Virus record (IMG/VR): IMGVR_UViG_3300008266_001092
Coordinates: 1 to 25,492 of that record
Length of the DNA: 25,492 nt
Direction: 5' to 3' (one strand)
DNA from: a virus
Taxonomy: Duplodnaviria; Caudoviricetes
The notes beneath the pieces were generated by a model. It saw only the letters and a list, made by a program, of their open reading frames with translations, was not told the DNA's origin and did not search any database. The position numbers were made by a program, and so were the translations under genes. Shown here piece by piece: positions 8,169 to 15,401 of this stretch. Within the stretch, counting starts at the first letter, position 1, and each line of letters opens with the position of its first letter.

Positions 8169-8915
8169 ATGCACTACTTTCAATTCAATATTGGCGACTA
8201 TAGAGCCGCCACTGCGCATCTTTCAAACGAAGAGGATCTTGCTTATCGCAGGCTTCTCGACATGTACTACGACACCGAACAAAAGATCCCATTGGATACC
8301 CAGTGGGTTGCCAGACGGTTGCGAGTCGATACCAAGACGGTTGACGCTGTACTTGCGGACATGTTTGTCAAACAAGAGGATGGATGGTTTCATGCTCGTT
8401 GCCAAGTTGTGATTGAGCACTATCACGCCATGGCAGAGAAAAACAGGACTAATGGAAAATTAGGTGGTCGTAGAAAGAACCCAGTGGGTAACCCAGTGGG
8501 ATCCGACTCGGAACCCAGCGCTAAGGCAACTAATAACCAAGAACTAATAACCAATAACGAATCTAAAGAAGCTAAAGCTTCTCCTGACATCGGCAAGCCG
8601 AAGTCAGTGCCCCCTGCACCAATTCAGGAAATAGTTGAGATGTATAACAACATCCTTCCTGAACTGCCACAGACTATCGTTGTCAACGATTCTCGTAAAA
8701 GAGCTATAGCCGCCAGATGGCGTGAGGTTGTCACTGCTGACAAACTTGACAGACAAGGTGGCTTGGACTTTTTCAAGTGGTACTTTGAGATGGTCAAGAC
8801 CTCGAAGTTCCTGACAGGCAAATCTAAGGACTGGAAGGCTGACATGGACTTCCTGTTCAACCCAAGCAAGTTTCCCCGAATCATCGAAGGCACATACCAC
8901 AAGGATCAAAAATGA
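8169..8915 (+). CDS. replication initiator, YdaU/DUF1376 family (lambda O analogue)
   Basis: 'MHYFQFNIGDY...HLS..EDLAYRRLLDMYY' N-terminus; 'WKADMDFL' C-domain; internal iterons. Confidence 0.85.
   Translation: MHYFQFNIGDYRAATAHLSNEEDLAYRRLLDMYYDTEQKIPLDTQWVARRLRVDTKTVDAVLADMFVKQEDGWFHARCQVVIEHYHAMAEKNRTNGKLGGRRKNPVGNPVGSDSEPSAKATNNQELITNNESKEAKASPDIGKPKSVPPAPIQEIVEMYNNILPELPQTIVVNDSRKRAIAARWREVVTADKLDRQGGLDFFKWYFEMVKTSKFLTGKSKDWKADMDFLFNPSKFPRIIEGTYHKDQK
8478..8558 (+). repeat. iterons / probable origin of replication
   Basis: AACCCAGTGGG x2 and AACCCAGCG, then A-rich AACTAATAACCAA x2, inside the initiator gene; another ACCCAGTGGG near 8297. Confidence 0.65.
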
Positions 8916-9334
8916 GTTACGCATCAGCCAAACAGCGCTACGCTGAAAAAACAACAGATACATTTGATGGCCCTGAAAGCCATGACTGCTTTGCCAATGG
9001 TTGCCCCATGGCTGGTGGTATCTCCACTGGTGGCAAATGGGTCTGTGCCTACCACCATCAGGCTACTTCGGACATGTGGCCTCGTGTGACAGAAGCTCTG
9101 CGTGATGCTGAGAGCATCCGTGTTGCGATCAACGAAGTCATGAAGATCGACATGATCTCTTGGGGCGCCATGGTCAACGGCTATCCACCCAAGTGGCAAG
9201 AGTTTGCCGCTCTGTTTGACGACCAGCCAGAGCTTCAGCCGACTGAACACGAGAAGATCCGCAAAACAAAGTACGAATACCGCCTGCGCAACGAGCTGGC
9301 TATTCGTGCAGGCTTAGCAAAGAGAAAGGTATGA
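8912..9334 (+). CDS. hypothetical protein with Cys/His cluster at the helicase-loader position
   Basis: 140 aa, C-x4-C...C-x2-H; ATGA overlap with the initiator, AAGGA RBS. Confidence 0.7.
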   Translation: MSYASAKQRYAEKTTDTFDGPESHDCFANGCPMAGGISTGGKWVCAYHHQATSDMWPRVTEALRDAESIRVAINEVMKIDMISWGAMVNGYPPKWQEFAALFDDQPELQPTEHEKIRKTKYEYRLRNELAIRAGLAKRKV

Positions 9335-9549
9335 CAAAGCATGAAGCCCAAAAAATCCTCGACCAAATCCGCGAGGGGTATGGTCATGCCTACACCGAGG
9401 CTTGCGCCATCGAATGTCTGTATCTCACAGGAGACCTTGGAGCACATGAAGCAATGCGAAGCTCGGGAATGGATGAGCAGGTACGAGAAGAAGGCTATCG
9501 AGAAAGGCTCCGCTGGCGCGCAATTATGGTGGCAAGGAGTAAAGAATGA
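9331..9549 (+). CDS. hypothetical protein
   Basis: 72 aa, AAGG RBS, ATGA overlap, 'EAQKILD...LYLTGDL' pattern. Confidence 0.55.
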   Translation: MTKHEAQKILDQIREGYGHAYTEACAIECLYLTGDLGAHEAMRSSGMDEQVREEGYRERLRWRAIMVARSKE

Positions 9550-9667
9550 CATCGCAAAACGAAGAGGCAAACCAGCTTGTGACGACCTTGTCCAAAGAAT
9601 GCAAAATGAACGCAACTTGCGTAGAGCTGGACTTCCCCCCAGCAGAGCTGTTTCCCAACAGAGCTAA
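9446..9667 (+). CDS. hypothetical protein overlapping both neighbours
   Basis: MKQCEAREW...WW..V..DIAKRRG; AGGAG and GGAG upstream of ATG 9446. Confidence 0.5.
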   Translation: MKQCEAREWMSRYEKKAIEKGSAGAQLWWQGVKNDIAKRRGKPACDDLVQRMQNERNLRRAGLPPSRAVSQQS

Positions 9668-9974
9668 GGGTGTTCATTGGGGACGATTACATAAACTGCG
9701 CGCAGACTATCGAGAGAACAGTGCGTGGTTAGCAAAACACCAACTGAAGGGATGGAAACATGCCGGCAAAGAGTTGATGTTGACGTTGACGTTTGAAATG
9801 CCAGACAAGCGTAAGCGTGATGCAGATAACTGCCTAGCCGCGGCCAAGGGAGCTTTAGACGGATTGGCTGACGCGATGAATGTAAATGACCAGCTTTTTC
9901 AACCAATCTTGATTTACCGCGTAGCCGGACAAAAGCCCGGCAAAATTTCAATCAAAATCGAGGAACAAACATGA
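9606..9974 (+). CDS. rusA: RusA-like Holliday junction resolvase
   Basis: 'PDKRKRDADN...K..LDGLADAM.VND..F' catalytic pattern; start could be 9546. Confidence 0.8.
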   Translation: MNATCVELDFPPAELFPNRAKGVHWGRLHKLRADYRENSAWLAKHQLKGWKHAGKELMLTLTFEMPDKRKRDADNCLAAAKGALDGLADAMNVNDQLFQPILIYRVAGQKPGKISIKIEEQT

Positions 9975-10324
9975 GCGGAAAACTTATTGACCCTAACGAC
10001 GCAGTGGACTTTATGATTGCCCACTCCGCCAAATATGCCGAGGCCGAGGCCAACAAGGTGTTTATGGAGGAGCTAAGGAAGACAATCAAGGCCGAGGAAA
10101 TGAAAAACGCTGAGATTTATGGAAATGGCGAGTACAAGACCGCCGCCATGCAGGAACGCGAAGCCTACGCCTCCCCACGCTACAAAGAGCACTTAGAAGC
10201 CCTTAGACAAGCCGTACAGGAGCGCGAACGCCTCAGATGGCTCCTGATAGCCTGTCAGGAAAGAATCGCTGTATGGCGCTCTATGGAGGCTTCTAACCGC
10301 CACGTAGAGAAGGCCACCCTGTGA
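9971..10324 (+). CDS. helical/coiled-coil hypothetical protein
   Basis: 117 aa, 'QEREAYAS..Y', 'VWRS.EASNR'; GAGGA RBS. Confidence 0.75.
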   Translation: MSGKLIDPNDAVDFMIAHSAKYAEAEANKVFMEELRKTIKAEEMKNAEIYGNGEYKTAAMQEREAYASPRYKEHLEALRQAVQERERLRWLLIACQERIAVWRSMEASNRHVEKATL

Positions 10325-10593
10325 ACAACTCCCTCACCGCCAAGGAAAAAGCCTATGTCGGGTTGGTCAAGGAGCTCCCCTGTTCTGTGTGCGACCAAGA
10401 GGGGCCCAGCGACGCCCATCACGTCAAACAGCACAGGCAGTACACCGTGGTGGCTCTGTGCAAGTCCTGCCACCAAGGAAGCAAGATGGGCTGGCACGGC
10501 GAGCGCAGGGCGTGGGCCATAGCCAAGATGGAGGAGATCGACGCCCTAAACGTGACGATTCAGAGGGTGATGGAGCTGTTGATCAAGAGGTAG
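10321..10593 (+). CDS. Zn-binding HNH-like nuclease (Ref/DUF968-like)
   Basis: 'LPCSVC...DAHH...ALCKSCHQG'; GTGA overlap. Confidence 0.75.
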   Translation: MNNSLTAKEKAYVGLVKELPCSVCDQEGPSDAHHVKQHRQYTVVALCKSCHQGSKMGWHGERRAWAIAKMEEIDALNVTIQRVMELLIKR

Positions 10594-10679
10594 GGTTTGT
10601 TTCTTTTTTGTTCTTTTTTTTGACATAAAACTAGCCTACGATTTCATGGCAACAATAGGTTGCGCTAACGGGGTAAATC

Positions 10680-10895
10680 ATGAAATTTGAAATAGAGTTT
10701 GGTTGGATTGGAAATGAGAAGGTTACGATCGAGTCATGGGATTTCGAAAAAATTACCGAGATACATAATTTCATCCAATTCATGGAAGAAAACGGCTGGG
10801 CGGTTGACTATGAAGCAGTTGAGCCTGATGATGAAGATGATACGGAAGAAGAAGAAGTGATACCTGCGGGGTTGGTTTCAGACAACACTCTGTAA
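10680..10895 (+). CDS. very acidic small protein
   Basis: 71 aa with 22 D/E versus 3 K and 0 R; GGGG RBS. Confidence 0.7.
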   Translation: MKFEIEFGWIGNEKVTIESWDFEKITEIHNFIQFMEENGWAVDYEAVEPDDEDDTEEEEVIPAGLVSDNTL

Positions 10896-10916
10896 CTTAT
10901 AAGCTACAAAAGGGGC

Positions 10917-11060
10917 TTACTTCGCTAAGAGGTAAAGCCCCACATTTGAAAAAGCATATCCGATATATACCATTGCCATATACGGGTTCCCTTTGAAGAG
11001 TTGTTCCCCCGCAATGTAGGCGTAGATAAGCCCAGTGATGATGATTAAAGGCCCACTCAT
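10917..11060 (-). CDS. 47-aa membrane protein (not in ORF track)
   Basis: MSGPLIIITGLIYAYIAGEQLFKGNPYMAMVYIGYAFSNVGLYLLAK*; TGATG coupling to the phosphoesterase. Confidence 0.7.
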   Translation of the reverse strand: MSGPLIIITGLIYAYIAGEQLFKGNPYMAMVYIGYAFSNVGLYLLAK

Positions 11061-12052
11061 CAGAACTCACTCACGTCGTAGACTTGGCCCCTGAACTCGA
11101 TCAACCCCTCTCCAAATTTATGGCACAGCTCTGGCCACAACAATCGACCATTGAAAAAGTTTAATACAGCAAAACCACTACGGTGATTGCTTGGATTTAG
11201 TTCGGCATAGGTAAATTGAGGGCCGTCAATTTCAGCCAATGTTCCGGTATCGACCCCAAACCTCACGCCATTATAATCACTGAACGGCGTTACTTTTAAG
11301 GAATGTAAGTGCCCACTAACCAATGAAACTCCCGCTTGGACGGTGTTGTTATGGGTAGCATGAATTCCGCCCTTATATCGGTGTTTGATAATGCACTGAT
11401 CAGTAGGCCACACTGCCCAGCAAAAGTCCCAATCTGGGATATGGTCGGTGAGTTTAAACCCTTGAACTTCTTTAAACTGTGGCGCATGTTGAGCAAGCCT
11501 GTTGCCAAACCGAATGTCATGATTACCCCATGTAAACAGGAGCTTTACATTATGACGGGCGGCTTTAGCGACCTCCTCAATCTCGCCTAAAGCACCCTGA
11601 CAAGCTTTTAATTCTTGAATGACAGAGGTCTGTGGCTGGTCAGTTACATCATGTCTTGATATAGACGCACCGTCAAATGCGTCTCCATTGCAAATCACAA
11701 CCTGAGGGGCAAGCTCTTGTATCATGTACAAAAGCCCTTTAAACGCTGTGGAGCGTTGACCGGGTATGAAGTGAGCATCAGAAAATACAATTACACAGCC
11801 GTCCAGCATCCCAAGTTCAACTTGTTTTAGTGGAGAAAAAGATTTTGGTCTGCTGGCATCATATTTAGCACTCCGAGTGTCTATACCGCCTAATTTGATA
11901 TTATGGGTTTCTTCCATACTACGTCTGCGGTAGTTCACTGCTCTTTCGGTAATGCCTAGAATCTTTGATAATTTTGTAACAGATTGATGCCTGTCCCACA
12001 GTTCTATAAACTGCTCATCTGTACAAGAATTCAGGTTATTACTTGATACCAT
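11060..12052 (-). CDS. calcineurin-like metallophosphoesterase with N-terminal HTH
   Basis: SDAH, NGDAFD, GNHD, IKH, SGHLH motifs; 'VTKLSKILGITERAVNYRRR' HTH. Confidence 0.88.
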   Translation of the reverse strand: MVSSNNLNSCTDEQFIELWDRHQSVTKLSKILGITERAVNYRRRSMEETHNIKLGGIDTRSAKYDASRPKSFSPLKQVELGMLDGCVIVFSDAHFIPGQRSTAFKGLLYMIQELAPQVVICNGDAFDGASISRHDVTDQPQTSVIQELKACQGALGEIEEVAKAARHNVKLLFTWGNHDIRFGNRLAQHAPQFKEVQGFKLTDHIPDWDFCWAVWPTDQCIIKHRYKGGIHATHNNTVQAGVSLVSGHLHSLKVTPFSDYNGVRFGVDTGTLAEIDGPQFTYAELNPSNHRSGFAVLNFFNGRLLWPELCHKFGEGLIEFRGQVYDVSEF

Positions 12053-12416
12053 GAGAATCCTTTGATGAGAGCAGGCGCTCTAACAAGTTAATAATTCGGT
12101 GCTCCTCTTTCTCCAAATCATCTTCACTGGATTTTGGATCTTGGGCTACCGTCATAAGATCGTGCAAAAAAACATGAAGTAACTCGTGCAGGGCTGTCTT
12201 GTCAAGGCTCTCTGGGGTAATCTTCTCCGCACCAAAGTCACCTAAGCGGTATATAGCCAACCTAGCCCCATCATTAAATTCAACCGAAGCCATTGCTTGT
12301 TTGGCCGGCTTCAATCCTTTTTCAATTCTCCAGTCGCCAAGATTCAACACTTGTTGCCAATTTTTGACACTTTGTGCAAACAATTCAGCGTGTTCTGACG
12401 TAGGAATGTTAGGCAT
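12039..12416 (-). CDS. small HEXXH zinc metallopeptidase-like protein
   Basis: 'ALHELLH' plus downstream 'EEH'. Confidence 0.7.
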   Translation of the reverse strand: MPNIPTSEHAELFAQSVKNWQQVLNLGDWRIEKGLKPAKQAMASVEFNDGARLAIYRLGDFGAEKITPESLDKTALHELLHVFLHDLMTVAQDPKSSEDDLEKEEHRIINLLERLLSSKDSHGIK

Positions 12417-12470
12417 TACAAGACCTTATACAAACTTTATTACACTTTTATTTAATAAATAGATTATTTA

Positions 12471-12575
12471 TTAGGGTTTGTCCTAATAAAAATATTTTCA
12501 AAAGACTTCACAAGCGCTTTAACTTCGTGTTAAGATGCAATCACTGCAATCCGCAGTGTTACTTGAAAGACCAAA
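12471..12575 (+). promoter_or_regulatory. early promoter cassette copy 1
   Basis: TAGG..CCTA hairpin, A-rich UP-like tract, TTCACA-18-TAAGAT with extended TG, operator at 12519-12533, leader hairpin, TTACTTGAAAGACC. Confidence 0.7.
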
Positions 12576-12899
12576 ATGAGACCCATCGTAAAAGCCGCTC
12601 TGGCAATCCCTGAAATGCAATTCGCATTCGAGTGCATCTGTGCAGATGACTCACGCAAGTTTGGGAAAGAAATTACCCCTGACTTTTACTGTGACGAAGT
12701 CATCGTGAGCGAGGCTGAGTACCGCCTCTCTACCTACTTTGAAGACGGGCACATCAACGACGATATGCGCTTAGGTGAAGAAGGCGCCGAAGGCAAGAAG
12801 ATTGCCCAGAAGGACGTTCGTATGCTCAAGGCGTTCATCAAGAAGTACAAGACCATGGACAGCATGTGGAGCAAGTACACCAACCACTTGATCAAATAA
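12576..12899 (+). CDS. hypothetical early protein
   Basis: 107-aa ORF directly behind the cassette. Confidence 0.75.
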   Translation: MRPIVKAALAIPEMQFAFECICADDSRKFGKEITPDFYCDEVIVSEAEYRLSTYFEDGHINDDMRLGEEGAEGKKIAQKDVRMLKAFIKKYKTMDSMWSKYTNHLIK

Positions 12900-12902
12900 G
12901 CC

Positions 12903-12926
12903 AGTAGGGGGGTCAAACCCCCTACT
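12903..12926 (+). terminator. GC-rich hairpin (terminator or processing site)
   Basis: AGTAGGGGG/CCCCCTACT just after the stop; no U tract. Confidence 0.4.
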
Positions 12927-13029
12927 AGGGAAACTACCTAGAAAATAATTTAAAAAAAGATTGCACACACGCTTTAACTTAGTGTTACAATACATTCACT
13001 GCAACAAGCAGGTTACATGAAAAAGGAAA
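12925..13029 (+). promoter_or_regulatory. early promoter cassette copy 2
   Basis: CTAGG..CCTAG, A tract, TG-T-TACAAT (-10 at 12986-12991), operator at 12974-12988, CTGC/GCAG leader hairpin. Confidence 0.7.
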
Positions 13030-13035
13030 TTGGAA

Positions 13036-13326
13036 ATGACTACTACTACAGCTCTCAAGATCGTTGACCAACTCGGTTTGATCGAAGACCAAATTGCCGC
13101 TCTGCAAGAGCAGGCAGACGACCTCAAGAACCAACTCAAAATGTTGGGCCAAGGTTCTTACGCTGGCACGATGTACGTGACCACCATCAAGCACACCCCA
13201 GAGAAGAAAACGACAGCATGGTCTGCCGTTGCCAAAGAGCTGAACGCTCCTGCTGACCTGATCGCCAAGCACACCAAGGTCACCTACAACATCCTCGCCG
13301 CCGAAACAAAGGCATTGTCAAACTAA
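13036..13326 (+). CDS. hypothetical early protein, N-terminal coiled coil
   Basis: AAGGA RBS; heptad pattern; start may be TTG 13030. Confidence 0.75.
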   Translation: MTTTTALKIVDQLGLIEDQIAALQEQADDLKNQLKMLGQGSYAGTMYVTTIKHTPEKKTTAWSAVAKELNAPADLIAKHTKVTYNILAAETKALSN

Positions 13327-13362
13327 TCCCTGCCCTTCGGGGCATTTACTTGAAAGACCATT

Positions 13363-13677
13363 ATGAACTTTGAAAACATCTACACAGAAGCCCTCAACGC
13401 CGCCAAAGCCGCTGAGTCCGCATTTATGGAAAAGCATGGCGAGCCACTGTACTGTGGCTTTGCTTGGGTTGACTTGCCAAGCGCTCGTGTTCCCTTTGTG
13501 AACTGGTGCAAGAAAAACAATGTCGGTCGCAAGCACTGGCAAAAGGGCTGGTCTATCTGGAACCCAGCCAACAACCCAACACAGTCCATGGACGTCAAAG
13601 AAGCCGGCGCCTATGCATTCGCAGAAGTCCTGCGCAAGCACGGCATCACAGCTTACGCAGGATCAAGGGCAGATTAA
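13363..13677 (+). CDS. phage hypothetical protein ('CGFAWV' family)
   Basis: 104 aa; preceded by a UUCG hairpin (13331-13344) and TTACTTGAAAGACC. Confidence 0.8.
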   Translation: MNFENIYTEALNAAKAAESAFMEKHGEPLYCGFAWVDLPSARVPFVNWCKKNNVGRKHWQKGWSIWNPANNPTQSMDVKEAGAYAFAEVLRKHGITAYAGSRAD

Positions 13678-13687
13678 AAGATGGGGC

Positions 13688-13757
13688 TTGTGCCCCTCTT
13701 TAATTTCATGTTACAATGCAATCACGCCAATCAGGCGTTTACTTGAAGGAAATTAAA
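13688..13757 (+). promoter_or_regulatory. early promoter cassette copy 3
   Basis: TTGTGC-18-TACAAT with extended TG, operator at 13700-13714, ACGCC/GGCGT hairpin, TTACTTGAAGGA. Confidence 0.65.
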
Positions 13758-13949
13758 ATGGCAAATGAAATTGAAACATCATTCAACACTGAAGCGCAAG
13801 TCCGCATTAGCGTTGACCAGTACGACAGCGGAGTATGGCTGTGCCTGCAAGGGCGCCGTGCAATGATGAGCGCCGTAATGACTCGCGCCGAAGCTGAGCA
13901 ATTGCTGGCTAATTTGCAACTCGTCCTTGCTAAAGAGGTGACAGCATGA
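13758..13949 (+). CDS. hypothetical protein
   Basis: 63 aa from ATG 13758, AAGGA RBS. Confidence 0.7.
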   Translation: MANEIETSFNTEAQVRISVDQYDSGVWLCLQGRRAMMSAVMTRAEAEQLLANLQLVLAKEVTA

Positions 13950-14104
13950 CCACTTTATTTAAATTGGAAGAGCACCTCATGATGCTGTTGGTCGAAGACA
14001 AGATCTGCTTCGAAGAGGGCGATTGGGATCATTTGGCAAAAATCCGTATGGCCATAGACGACACACGCGATCAGATCGAGTCTTTCAAAAAGGTGACAGC
14101 ATGA
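13946..14104 (+). CDS. 52-aa hypothetical protein (not in ORF track)
   Basis: MTTLFKLEEHLMMLLVEDK...FKKVTA*; ATGA overlaps on both ends; GAGGTG RBS. Confidence 0.7.
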   Translation: MTTLFKLEEHLMMLLVEDKICFEEGDWDHLAKIRMAIDDTRDQIESFKKVTA

Positions 14105-14280
14105 GCGAGACCAACATGAGCCCGTACATCAAAGGTTTCAACGCAGGTGTGGACTGCGTTTTGACCGAAATCGAGCGACTTGAGAAAACAGGGGCTCTGA
14201 GCCTCGATCAGCTACTCAAGCACCTTGACCCTCAACGAGATCAAAAAATGGCTCAAACGCCCGATAAAGGTGCTCTATGA
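14101..14280 (+). CDS. hypothetical protein
   Basis: MSETNMSPYIKGFNAG...; AAGGTG RBS. Confidence 0.65.
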   Translation: MSETNMSPYIKGFNAGVDCVLTEIERLEKTGALSLDQLLKHLDPQRDQKMAQTPDKGAL

Positions 14281-14525
14281 GGCTTTCTGTGATCAAGAGC
14301 GTACGAGTTACGCTTCGCGGAATACCTGACGGTATAACTTTAGAAGATCTATCTGAGCTTTTGGATAGATCAAAATACAACATAAGGAAAGCGTTAAAGA
14401 ACATGCCTGACGTGTACATAGATCGATGGGAAGTAGCACCAAGAGGGCAATTCAAAGCTATTTGGTGCATCGTTACCCCGCCAGAAGATTGTCCAAGACC
14501 TAATGGGAGAAGTCATGATAATTAA
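14277..14525 (+). CDS. putative winged-helix DNA-binding protein
   Basis: 'GITLEDLSELLDRSKYNIRKALKNMPDVYIDRW'. Confidence 0.65.
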   Translation: MRLSVIKSVRVTLRGIPDGITLEDLSELLDRSKYNIRKALKNMPDVYIDRWEVAPRGQFKAIWCIVTPPEDCPRPNGRSHDN

Positions 14526-14811
14526 ACGTGCAATTGCTGTAGAAAGCCTTACAAAGGTTTGCGAGGAAAGCCTAAACCTAATCAAGCAATTGATTGATGC
14601 CGACAACGATGTATATGCCAAGGGGTTTGAAGATGGCATGGCGGCGCAAGCTAAAGTGCAACAGACTTTAAAACCTTTTGCAGGGCTTACGGATGAGGAG
14701 ATTCAGAAGGCTTTGGGTGTAACGCCTGAGAGCTCCAACTGGAACATGGTCATGGTGCTCGAATGGGCAAAGAAGATTGAAACCGCAATACTGGAGAAAA
14801 ACAATGGATGA
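14515..14811 (+). CDS. hypothetical protein with C-terminal 'GLTDEE..IE..LEKN' module
   Basis: GGAG RBS; module shared with the next ORF. Confidence 0.7.
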   Translation: MIIKRAIAVESLTKVCEESLNLIKQLIDADNDVYAKGFEDGMAAQAKVQQTLKPFAGLTDEEIQKALGVTPESSNWNMVMVLEWAKKIETAILEKNNG

Positions 14812-14956
14812 TGATATTCAAGACTACATGCGCCCTTGGAAAGGGTTGACAGAAGACGAAGCAATTGAGCTTTTGCCTATTGGTGATTGGGAAATTGAAT
14901 CTACTTTAGTGTTTGCTCGAGCAATTGAAGCCAAACTCAAAGAGAAGAACACATGA
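14804..14956 (+). CDS. 50-aa 'W.GLT.DE...FARAIEAKLKEKN' protein (not in ORF track)
   Basis: MDDDIQDYMRPWKGLTEDEA...FARAIEAKLKEKNT*; GGAG RBS. Confidence 0.75.
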   Translation: MDDDIQDYMRPWKGLTEDEAIELLPIGDWEIESTLVFARAIEAKLKEKNT

Positions 14957-15189
14957 TCAAGTACGAGGGCTATGACGAAGCGATCATTGGCCCCGCCATG
15001 ATCTGGCGTGATCGACAACAGGTTCAGGTACTCGTGTACGACGCCGAAAAGATAAGGGAAATACTCATGCGTGATGGCATAACCGCCGAAGAAGCAAGAG
15101 AGTACATAGAGTTCAACATTGAGGGTGGCTACCTAGGAATTACAACTCCTGTGTTGGCTTGGTCTCAAGACTTTTGGGACGAAGAATGA
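14953..15189 (+). CDS. phage hypothetical protein
   Basis: 'GYDEAIIG...VYD...EEAREYIEFNIEGGYLG..TP'; ATGA overlaps. Confidence 0.75.
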   Translation: MIKYEGYDEAIIGPAMIWRDRQQVQVLVYDAEKIREILMRDGITAEEAREYIEFNIEGGYLGITTPVLAWSQDFWDEE

Positions 15190-15353
15190 CTGAGCAAGAA
15201 ACGATTGCAGAGCTACAGGTCAAGGTGCAAGAACTTGAGTCAAAGCTGAAACACGCCACAGTAAAAGCCGCAAACCTTGAGAAACAAAACAAAGAATTCA
15301 AGCTAACTATCAAGGACATGGATAGAAGAATAATGAGGGGACTGAAGGACTGA
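15186..15353 (+). CDS. small coiled-coil protein
   Basis: 55 aa from ATG 15186, ATGA overlap. Confidence 0.65.
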   Translation: MTEQETIAELQVKVQELESKLKHATVKAANLEKQNKEFKLTIKDMDRRIMRGLKD

Positions 15354-15383
15354 TTGCATACAAACACAAAGATCCGTTAAACT
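15354..15383 (+). promoter_or_regulatory. possible promoter for the packaging genes
   Basis: TTGCAT-18-TAAACT before an AAGGAG RBS. Confidence 0.4.
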
Positions 15384-15401
15384 TTGGGTTAAAGGAGTGC
15401 A

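Noticed and set aside
10620-10642. TTGACA...TACGAT as a sigma70 promoter
   Set aside because: Spacer is only 11 bp.
12471-13757. Repeats as a possible CRISPR array or attC cassettes
   Set aside because: Degenerate, irregularly spaced, separated by whole genes, and explained as promoters; no cas or integrase gene.
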